64,000 bases of DNA from Gemmatimonadota bacterium (GTDB lineage: Bacteria; JBHIER01; G020348925), in assembly GCA_020348925.1 (NCBI GenBank), contig CP070758.1, positions 62,001 to 126,000 on the forward strand, read 5' to 3'. Shown one piece after another: positions 1-8,645 of this stretch. Each line of letters begins with the position of its first letter. Positions within the stretch are counted from its first letter, which is position 1. The notes under the pieces are model-generated. The model had not been told where the DNA came from and ran no database searches. It saw only the letters and a list, made by a program, of their open reading frames with translations. A program made the position numbers and the translations under genes.

Positions 1-566
1 GGGCCGTCCTTGCATGGCCACCAGGTATGAGCCAGAAAAGGCGTGGACAGGGTTGCCACGATAGGGGCATTACTGTGCTGTCTGAAATTGAATGCCTTGA
101 CATCGTTTAAAAGCCTTGGTACGCCGTGATATGTGGTCGTAATTTCAAAAATCTCACCTGCGTTGTGCGGGCGATCGAGAGTAACTTCGAATTCTTCACC
201 ATAGAGTTGATAGGCGTTGACATTTCCCGTGACCGCATCAATCGTAAGCGTCTCGTCAAAGTCCAGTACGACGGTTTCCAAGCCATCGACCAGACTCTGG
301 AAGCGCCCGGTGACCGTAGCTTCAAGGTTGTTCGGATCGAGAAATACTCTCACGTGCAACTCGTAATAGAGGGCGTCGAAATTTTCTTGGGTTCGGATCT
401 GTCTCTCTCCCCTGAGGATCAGACTCCGCCAACTCTCCATTTCCTGTTCCTTGACCTTCTGGAGCAGTTCCATCGACTCAATCGTTATCTTTCTGTTTTG
501 AGCCAGGATTGAGGGTACGATTCCCGTCATTCCCACAATGAGAAGCAGGACGATGATTCGTTTCAT
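1..566 (-). CDS. M1-family aminopeptidase, secreted, N-terminal part (runs off window start)
   Basis: Not in the ORF track. Manual translation from ATG 566 (SD GAGGGGAG) gives MKRIIVLLLIVGMTGIVPSILAQ (signal peptide)...FDALYYELHVRV...TTTYHGVP...TLSTPFLAHTWWPCKDGP. The 'WWPCKD' context is typical of M1 peptidase N-domains; the HEXXH motif is outside the window. Confidence 0.75.
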   Translation of the reverse strand, partial: MKRIIVLLLIVGMTGIVPSILAQNRKITIESMELLQKVKEQEMESWRSLILRGERQIRTQENFDALYYELHVRVFLDPNNLEATVTGRFQSLVDGLETVVLDFDETLTIDAVTGNVNAYQLYGEEFEVTLDRPHNAGEIFEITTTYHGVPRLLNDVKAFNFRQHSNAPIVATLSTPFLAHTWWPCKDG

Positions 567-592
567 GTTCACACTCCCCTCTTCTACAGCGA

Positions 593-1789
593 TTATCCCT
601 CGGGATTGGTCTCCAGCACGTCGATGACCCTCTGCGGCCGAAGGCCGGTTTTAAAAAAGATCACCTCTCCGTCAAACTCCTCCTTCGAACAATTCAGTGT
701 CTCGTTGACGGCGATGATCATGTCAGGGCGGCTCGCTCTTTTCAATTTAGCCAGCTTCTTCTCGAGATACTCCGGCGTCCAAAATCCCACGATTTCCATG
801 TGGAGACGCCGTCCGTCCGGATGGGTGAATGTGAAATCCGGGATCAGGACGGTCTCTTTCAGGTCGATCACGTCGGCCTCTCGGTGAATGTGCCAATCGG
901 TCTTTGCCGCCTGGAAAGCAGTAAAGAATTTTTCTTCCAAGCTGCTGTCAAAGGGATGCTCTTTCCTGTAAAATGTATGCAAGCCGCAGGCAGCGTCCAG
1001 GGCAAAGGTCTTCAGGCCCTGCTCGGTCTCAACGAGCGCCGACATTCGCCATCCTTTGGCCAAAAGCAGACCCGGAAGAAAGCGAGCCATATGGATGCCA
1101 TACTTTTGCGTCCGCCGCAGAACCGAAGCCGGACCATCGAGCAGTATCTCATACCCGCCCGAAGCAACGGGACGAATCTCGTGAATGAGCTGAGCGAGTT
1201 TTATGTATTTGAAAACAGGCTTAAAGTCCTGCTGTATCCATATTCTCATTCGTACTGCCCGATAAAGGATCCCCTGCGCCAGAGCCAGGTTGTATCTCCT
1301 GAGCAGCTCCCGTGGGCTCATTTCTCTTTCAGTCCCAGTGAGAATCAGGTTCTCAGACAGGTCACCATACAAGAGACCGTCAAGTCGCTCCGATGTTTCG
1401 CCAAACTCCTCACCAATCTCTTTCAGAACAAGGTGCTTTGTCGTTTGATGCAGGAGATCCGGCTGCAAAACAATGGGATAGGCCGTCTGCGCTTTTTCAA
1501 ACACTTTCTGTCTCAACTGCGAATAGTCGCCTTCCCAGATCGGGGCAAAATTGCAGTTGTCCAGGAGCAGCTTGGCCAAACCGCGATAGATCTTGAAATC
1601 GGTCGAGGTGGATTCGTACTGTTCGAGGGCATCGGAGAGCTCCTTCCGCCTTTTCCCTTCATGATCGGCGAAGATGTGAATAACCTCCCGGCAGATCCTC
1701 AGATACCGAGAGCTCTCCCGGCGTGAGATGAAAAGGGGGATGATGTGATCTCCATCAATATAATATCTGACCAAATCACTGGTAAGCAT
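593..1789 (-). CDS. DUF790 family protein (Bax1-like PD-(D/E)xK endonuclease)
   Basis: MLTSDLVRY start; 'LYGDL', 'RYNLALAQGILYRA', 'LDGPASV...KYG', and C-terminal 'IPDFTF...EIVGFWTPEYLEKK'. Overlaps the upstream helicase. Confidence 0.9.
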   Translation of the reverse strand: MLTSDLVRYYIDGDHIIPLFISRRESSRYLRICREVIHIFADHEGKRRKELSDALEQYESTSTDFKIYRGLAKLLLDNCNFAPIWEGDYSQLRQKVFEKAQTAYPIVLQPDLLHQTTKHLVLKEIGEEFGETSERLDGLLYGDLSENLILTGTEREMSPRELLRRYNLALAQGILYRAVRMRIWIQQDFKPVFKYIKLAQLIHEIRPVASGGYEILLDGPASVLRRTQKYGIHMARFLPGLLLAKGWRMSALVETEQGLKTFALDAACGLHTFYRKEHPFDSSLEEKFFTAFQAAKTDWHIHREADVIDLKETVLIPDFTFTHPDGRRLHMEIVGFWTPEYLEKKLAKLKRASRPDMIIAVNETLNCSKEEFDGEVIFFKTGLRPQRVIDVLETNPEG

Positions 1790-3143
1790 CGCTGGCTCTC
1801 CTCCTGTAGGAGACACCTGTTTCCTTGGTTCCCTTGGTGATCACTTCGTACAGTAACGCCTTCTTCCCACTCCGTTTTCTCAGGATCCGGCCCAGCCTCT
1901 GCAAATGTTCGCGAGGACTGGCTGAGCCGCTCAGAATGACGGCCACATTCGCCTCGGGAATGTCGACACCTTCGTTCAGTACTTTGGAGGTGACAATGAG
2001 ATGATAGATCCCACTCCGAAATCGATCGAGGATCTCTTTTCTCTCTATGATCTTTGTCTGATGGGTGATTGCCGGAATGAGAAAATTTTTCGAAATATGA
2101 TAGACGAGGTCATTATTCTCAGTGAAGATGATGACCCGCTGAGAATGGTACTGTTTGATGAGCGAATCGAGGACCTCCATCTTTCGCCTGGCTCCCAGAG
2201 TAATTTTCAACGCCTCGCGCCTGGCCAGAAGTGCCCTCCTGGCCTTTTGATCGTAGCTGCTCTCTCTGATAAACTCCTCCCACGGGCGGGACTTCGATCC
2301 AAAATAGGCCACACCGTGCTCCCGTGCATAGGAGGCGTATACGTCGTGATGTTCATCATACCGAGTCTTTTCCTCAGGTTCCAGGGGAACACTGATGCGA
2401 ACGATCTCATAGTCGGAGAGGTGCTCGCCTTTGAAATCTTTAATGGATCTCTGGTAGACCACCGGTCCAATAAGGCTGCGCAGCTTCAGATGCAGTCCGT
2501 CCAGGCGGCGATAGGTCGCCGTCAATCCAAGGTGGTTGGGTGCGATGCTCATCTGAGGGATGTGGGAGTTCTTCGGTGCCGGGAGGTGGTGCACCTCGTC
2601 AAAAACAAGCAGCCCAAAGCGATCCCCGTACTGATCGATATAGATGTAGGCACTGTCATACGTGGTAACAGTGATGTCCCTCAGTTCGTGGTACCCTCCA
2701 CCGACAATACCAACCTCCACATCGAAGGTACCGGACAAAAGATCGTACCACTGGTTCATGAGATCGATGGTCGGAGCAACGACGAGGGTACTCAAACCCG
2801 CGGATTCGATAGCCTTCAGTGCGACGATACTTTTCCCCGTTCCTGTCGGAAGAACGACACTGCCCCTGCGTCCGCTCTGCTCCCAGGCCAGCAAAGACTC
2901 CTTCTGGTAAGGTCGGAGATCGAAGTCCGACTTGGCGTGGAGATCGAGCGAATGAAAATGACACGCATCGTCTTTGACATCATAGTTTCTCTCATCAAGC
3001 CACTGGAGAATTTGGCTATAGGCCATGGCAAAGGCCCGCCACCGCTCTAATCGTCGATCCCACGTGAAGGAAGGCGGCGGTTTCGGATCCTCCCAATTTT
3101 CCAGAACCAGTGTTCCCGCCTCGAACTTCAAGCGAACTTCCAT
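1776..3143 (-). CDS. XPB/Ssl2/Rad25-like superfamily 2 DNA helicase
   Basis: LRPYQ, Walker A LPTGTGKS, DEVHH, GLTAT, NEGVDIP, QRLGRILR. Likely start MEVRLKFEAGTL at 3143. Confidence 0.9.
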   Translation of the reverse strand: MEVRLKFEAGTLVLENWEDPKPPPSFTWDRRLERWRAFAMAYSQILQWLDERNYDVKDDACHFHSLDLHAKSDFDLRPYQKESLLAWEQSGRRGSVVLPTGTGKSIVALKAIESAGLSTLVVAPTIDLMNQWYDLLSGTFDVEVGIVGGGYHELRDITVTTYDSAYIYIDQYGDRFGLLVFDEVHHLPAPKNSHIPQMSIAPNHLGLTATYRRLDGLHLKLRSLIGPVVYQRSIKDFKGEHLSDYEIVRISVPLEPEEKTRYDEHHDVYASYAREHGVAYFGSKSRPWEEFIRESSYDQKARRALLARREALKITLGARRKMEVLDSLIKQYHSQRVIIFTENNDLVYHISKNFLIPAITHQTKIIERKEILDRFRSGIYHLIVTSKVLNEGVDIPEANVAVILSGSASPREHLQRLGRILRKRSGKKALLYEVITKGTKETGVSYRRRASDAYQ

Positions 3144-3400
3144 TTGTATTTCCACTTTTTGATCACGCGATAGATAGTCGTCTGCAATTGCAGAAAGATC
3201 ACATCTAAAATACTGTAATATTTTGAGACGTACAACAAAGAAACAGAGAGCGCGATTTCGATCGCCCGGTATATGTTTGCCGGTCGTTAAGTGTACCAGG
3301 GATTTATATCCCTGATCCATTCTGTAATAATAGTTTCCAAAGAATATTCCTATACGATGAACTTACTATGGATCTTAATATTGAGGATCAGTTTTGATAT

Positions 3401-3445
3401 AAAGAAGCCACCCCCAGTTTTGAAACCGGAGGCGGCTCTTTTTCG
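3401..3445 (-). terminator. Intrinsic terminator after S8 protease 1
   Basis: Minus strand AGCCGCCTCCGGTT-loop-AACTGGGGGTGGCT (14 bp with G-U pairs) followed by TCTTT. Confidence 0.7.
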
Positions 3446-3460
3446 TAAAAATGCAGGAAC

Positions 3461-6025
3461 CTACTTCAACAGGAGCATTCTTTTGGTGTCTGTGAACTCA
3501 CCCGCCTTCAATGTGTAAAAATAGACGCCGCTAGTAACCTCTTTACCGGATTCATCCCTACCACTCCAGGTTATTGTGTAGTGACCCGCTTCTTTATGTG
3601 CGTCGACTAAAGTTTTGACTTCTTGCCCAAGGATGTTAAAGACCTTAAGAGAAGTGTAGGTCGCAGATGGTATCTGAAAACTGATTTCAGTTTCCGGATT
3701 GAAGGGATTCGGGTAATTCTGGCTGAGGGTATATGTCTCTGGCAATGCGGTATTCTGCTCAGCTTCCGCCCTTGTTTTCAGTGGGATGATGCCAGCGTTG
3801 GTATTGGCAAGGAGGATATCACCGAATTCAAGACCGAAATTAGGATCCTGAGGGATATTCGTAATATCATCGATGTCAAAAACGATCTCGACAGCAGTCC
3901 CGGAGCCTGGGCCGAAGGCCTCGCCGTGTTCGCCGTACATCACCAAAATGAGCCTATCCGATTTCATCGAATATCTCAATTTCATATCTTTGGTGAAGGA
4001 CGACGTTTTAAGTTCGTAAGGTACCAATGCGTTCGGTCCTAACTTGAAAACCATTTGTATACCGGCAATGGGGATTTTGGTACGGATATTAATGGGCAAG
4101 ACGCATCGAGAGCCTTTGGCCAATGTCAATCCAGTGTTCTGTCCAAACCACACTTCTGCTGGCACTACATCGCTATTCCAGGCAATGCTTTTTCCTCCAC
4201 TTTGATTAATGATGTTAATTATGCATACAACGTCCAATACATTTATTTCTTCATCGTCGTTGCAGTCAGCGGTCCAGAACTGATAGGGAGTGGGATCAAC
4301 ATACCCAAGTATAATATTTACAACAAGAGTAACATCGAGTGCATCAATATCACAATCAGCATTCACATCTCCTTTTTGCCATGCACCGGCCTCAATGATA
4401 GCTCTACAAGCATCTATTCGTCCAGCACCATACTCATTGTCCTTCCCCGGATCTCCTAACTCAACTGACGTCATTTGTAAATACTGAGATAACTGAGCGG
4501 GAGTTAAGTTGGGATTGTAGGATAGTAGAAGAGCCATCGCGCCTCCCACGTGCGGAGTAGCGGCTGAGGTTCCACTAAATGATCCATATCCTCCTCCCAG
4601 TTGAGTTGATTGAACACCAGCAGGAGCAGTCACGTCAGGCTTTAAGAGTCCTATTAACTCTCCTTCGATTCCTCCAATCCCCCAGGGATAATCTTGGTAT
4701 TCCGGTGGTATATCGTATGGATAACCTGAGTAAATTATTTGCATCCATGCTGCAGGTCCTCTTGATGAAGAGGAATACAGATTATCGTTGAGATCAGTGG
4801 CGCCCACCGCTGTAACCGCACCCAACCCCCCTATTAGAGTCTGATCAGGATGCAGCCAGGGTGGGGGACAGTTGGCTGGAGCACTGATATTGTAAGGCAG
4901 AGGATATTTAATAGGATTATTCCCTGAGCAATCCAGCTTTTCCCCGTCATTACCTGCAGCGCAGGCAAGAGATATCTCGGCAATTAACAGGTCCGAAGTT
5001 ACATTTCTCCATCTGGCATAGTCGGGAGTTTCAGTATACTCACCAGACTGACAACTAATCCCGAATGCTGTACCCCACGACATGCTGATAACATCTGCCC
5101 CAAAGTCAGCCGCAAATTCCAGACCTTTAATAAGGATATCCTCCGTCCAATCCAAATTGTCATCAGAAATTTTTACTGCCATTATGGTGGCATCTGGTGC
5201 AACTCCTGTATGGGTTCCACTTATACCATCACCGGCCGCAATCCCTGCTGCCTTCGTTCCGTGTCCGTTTTAGTCCATCGGATCATTGTCAGCAATGGGA
5301 TTGTTCGTGTCTATGCCAACAAAATCGAATCCATGGTGAATGAGTTCAAACCAGTTGCCAGATTCTGGAGGATATTCGTAATATTGGCCACTGCCGTCCC
5401 ACATGTGATCGCTCAGGTCGGGGTGGGTGTAATCAACTCCACTATCAATGATAGCAATCAACACACCCTGACCCGTATAGCCCTTATCCCAGACACCCGG
5501 TGCATTTATTTTGAGGACGCCTTCGGCAATATCAGAGCTACTTTTTATTGAAAGGCCACTCCGATCCTTTGTTAAATTTTCCTCAAATGGTGGTAACACT
5601 CTATCCCAACTTATCCTTTCAACTTCTTCAAAATCAGCAACTACTTCTATTACCTTCCTTGTGAGATTCGCACTTATACCATTACTTAACCAGTGACTTC
5701 CAACATGGGCAGCCTGTCCTGCACGTTCATGTCCTCTCAAAAAATCAAGAAGTTCGGCTTGAGACCTTTGGGCAAAGCTTTTCAGTTCCGAAATTACCGC
5801 CGCGCGTTTTTCCCTCTTTGCCATACCAGCAGTTATGGTTTGCAGGTAGATTTGAGAAATCTGAGGCTTCATTCTAATGCTTACGGGTATTAGTTTCTCA
5901 GGGCTGGAGGTTTCCATTACATTCCTCAATGCAGGTGTTATTTTCTCAATGGCGTCAGAACTCACTGAAAACACTATAGTAAATACCGCTATAAACACAA
6001 CCTTCACAAAATATTTGTTAGACAT
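3461..6025 (-). pseudogene. S8 subtilisin-like protease + dockerin + cohesin + FlgD-Ig/T9SS-type CTD, interrupted by in-frame TAA at 5270-5272
   Basis: ORFs 5270-6025 and 3461-5182 are in the same frame: ...IIDSGVD...DNDPMD*NGHGTKAAGIAAG...GTSAATPHVGG. Then dockerin GDVNADCDIDALDV/ADCNDDEEINVLDV, cohesin 'LPINIRTKIPIAGIQMVF', and tail QNYPNPFNP...KRMLLLK. Signal peptide MSNKYFVKVVFIAVF. Confidence 0.85.
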
Positions 6026-6256
6026 TTTTAAACCTCCGAGAAGAAAAACGAAAGAGACATAAACTGTACTCCCCACGAAAAACTGAACGCACTACCCAAC
6101 CCCAATGCAATCTTCATCATTTCGTTTTTGTCTTTAATCACCTCCTTTCAAAGCCTTAACAATTGGAGTAAGTTGAAAATTTCGCCGTCATTTCATCTGT
6201 GGATTTAGTAGAAAACGTATTCAAGAATACGGTCACCGCTGTCATGAGTCGCAATA

Positions 6257-8428
6257 TTAGGAATTGTCACTGAGAATTTGTCTTATCATTCCCACGATGT
6301 CCAATGCGTTGATTTCTCCGTCGCTATTAAAGTCCGCGGCCCACAGCTCGTACTCTCTCCATGTAATGGCAGGCCAGATAATGATGTGCACCACTATCAT
6401 CACATCAGCGACAGCAATTGTTCCATCTCTATTCACATCCCCCTTAGCCGGAGGTGGGGGTGTAAATTTTAGAACATGTAGTCCACCCAAATCAGAGGCC
6501 AGATATATGGTATCCCCTGAAACATATATTCCTCTTTCGTGGTATCCCTCGCCCATCATACCATAATGTCCAATCAAAAAAGGGCTTTCTGGATTTGAGA
6601 CGTCAAAAACTCGCAATCCCCCAATTTCGCTGGTAACATATAAAAATCCATCACTGGCGAAGATTTCTTCAGCAGTCCCACTAATTCCTGCGAAACCCAC
6701 CTCTTCAGGGATCTGAAGGTTTGAAATGTCTATAGCCATTATGCCGTTCTTACGATGGGCCACAGAAAAGCATCCGACAAAAGCATAGTCATCGTTTGCA
6801 GCTACAACATAGGAATGCCCATTAATTCCGAAACTACCAACCACCTTCGGTTCTCGCGGATTTGTAACATCAAGGATCGACAAACCCTCTTCAAACATAC
6901 TTAGATAAGCATATTTATCTGAGGCATAAATGTCTGTAACCCATCCCTCAACAGTGTATTGACAGATCTCATTCGGATGTTCGGGAGTTGAAATATCATA
7001 GATTCGAATCCCGGGGGGATTAGCAACGACAAAGGCCAAACTGTCCTGTATAAAGAATGATCCCACGTACATACTGGTGGTATCAGGAAATCCAACCTCT
7101 TTTGGAGTTTGAGAGTCCGATACATCCACAACGCGAAGTCCGTCACTTCCGGAGGCCAAATACGCAAAATGATTCGCAACCTCTATGTCATAACCTCGAG
7201 TCTCACAGTACCCTAACTCCTGCGTTGCCTCCGGGTTTGAGACATCAACCACTCTCAGCCAGGGATCAGTAACATAAGCATAACCGTCAGCGACAGAGAC
7301 ATCGTTCGCCCAACCCCCCGTAATATACTCGGCCACAAGTTGTTGATTCTCAATATCCGAAATATCGATGACCCTCAGCCCAGCGTATCCTACAGAAAGA
7401 TAAGCGTAATTGTCCTGTACATGAACTGTCCCACCGGAATGCTCCCCCCTTCCTATCAATTGTGGTATCAAGGGATTTGAGATATTCAGCACAAAGAACT
7501 CACAGCCCGCAACATAAGCGGTGTCATTCAATATGAATATGTCAAACCCACCAAAGGGTTCCTCACTGGCCACATACGGATTTTCTGGATCGGATACATC
7601 TATAATCGTCATCTGCCAGGAGACGATATAGACATAGTTTCCCAATAGTGCCACACTGGCAACAGGGGTATTATAACCTGGATCACAGAATCCAACTCCT
7701 TTAGGGTGCGCTGGATCGGAAATATCTGCAACCCAAAACCCCCAATTTGCATCAGGAGTAGGCCCATCGGAACAGGCGATGTAGGCATACTCTCCAGAAA
7801 TTACAACATCCTCAGCATAATCGCCCCTGAAACCCCACTCGGGCCCATAAAAACTGCCAAGTTCTCTGGGATTTTCAGGGTTTGATATATCGAGTATTTC
7901 CAAATTTCCCGAAATAAGATAGACGTAATTGTCGTATATATGAATCCGACGGCCACCCTTGTAAATGTACCCAACCAATCGGGGATTCTTGGGATCAGAA
8001 ATGTCGAAAACCCATAATCCATTATACCTTGTAACAACGAAAGCATAGTCGCCTAAAAGTGCAAGGTCTTCGACAACCCCGGATGTATAAATTCTACTGA
8101 CAAGAGTGGGATGTTCAGGATCGCTGATATCAAAGATCACGAGGGCTCCGCCTGCTCCAACGTAAGCGTAATTGCCCTTGGTGGTGGCACAAGTTGCAGG
8201 ACCCAAAAGGGCTCGACCCAATAAAGTGATGTTCTTGTCCTCTGTAATGGTTCCAGCGCTTAATTGAGACAGGTTTTCATTATGGCCATATAGAAAACTC
8301 TCTCTTGTCGGATGAGTTAGATCATGGATACCGTAAACTGACTGGGCATAGTTTACGGATACGGGTAAAATCAAAAGAGCTAAACAGATCGGAATTCTTG
8401 ATTGAATACATTTAACACTACGATTCAT
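6257..8428 (-). CDS. Exported LVIVD-repeat beta-propeller protein with C-terminal dockerin
   Basis: Signal peptide, many 'YAYV...GLxVxDISDPxxP' repeats, Pro linker, then GDVNRDGTIAVADV...AADFNSDGEINALDI. No CTD. Confidence 0.85.
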   Translation of the reverse strand: MNRSVKCIQSRIPICLALLILPVSVNYAQSVYGIHDLTHPTRESFLYGHNENLSQLSAGTITEDKNITLLGRALLGPATCATTKGNYAYVGAGGALVIFDISDPEHPTLVSRIYTSGVVEDLALLGDYAFVVTRYNGLWVFDISDPKNPRLVGYIYKGGRRIHIYDNYVYLISGNLEILDISNPENPRELGSFYGPEWGFRGDYAEDVVISGEYAYIACSDGPTPDANWGFWVADISDPAHPKGVGFCDPGYNTPVASVALLGNYVYIVSWQMTIIDVSDPENPYVASEEPFGGFDIFILNDTAYVAGCEFFVLNISNPLIPQLIGRGEHSGGTVHVQDNYAYLSVGYAGLRVIDISDIENQQLVAEYITGGWANDVSVADGYAYVTDPWLRVVDVSNPEATQELGYCETRGYDIEVANHFAYLASGSDGLRVVDVSDSQTPKEVGFPDTTSMYVGSFFIQDSLAFVVANPPGIRIYDISTPEHPNEICQYTVEGWVTDIYASDKYAYLSMFEEGLSILDVTNPREPKVVGSFGINGHSYVVAANDDYAFVGCFSVAHRKNGIMAIDISNLQIPEEVGFAGISGTAEEIFASDGFLYVTSEIGGLRVFDVSNPESPFLIGHYGMMGEGYHERGIYVSGDTIYLASDLGGLHVLKFTPPPPAKGDVNRDGTIAVADVMIVVHIIIWPAITWREYELWAADFNSDGEINALDIVGMIRQILSDNS

Positions 8429-8555
8429 GACCAGGACCTCAAATACGCATAGATTTAATCACAGGCTATAAAATTCGGGCTTCATGCTATAATCAATTTA
8501 GAATTTGTTACACCATTAATCACCTCCTTTATATAAAATGAAGAACGAATCTTAT

Positions 8556-8630
8556 AACCATCTCACGCTGTCAAGATAATCTTCAGATCATTTTAACAAG
8601 TCCTTTCTGTGTAAAAAGGTGTCAGGAAAC
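8556..8630. repeat. ~75 bp upstream element, copy 1 (shared with 10917-10995)
   Basis: AACCATCTCACGCTGTCAAGATA...TGTGTAAAAAGGTGTCAGGAA occurs upstream of both LVIVD-dockerin genes. Confidence 0.8.
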
Positions 8631-8645
8631 TCTATTTTTCAACCA

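Noticed and set aside
5270-5272. Recoding (selenocysteine/pyrrolysine or alternative genetic code) at the internal stop
   Set aside because: The codon is TAA, which is used as a normal stop throughout the window; Sec and Pyl use TGA and TAG.
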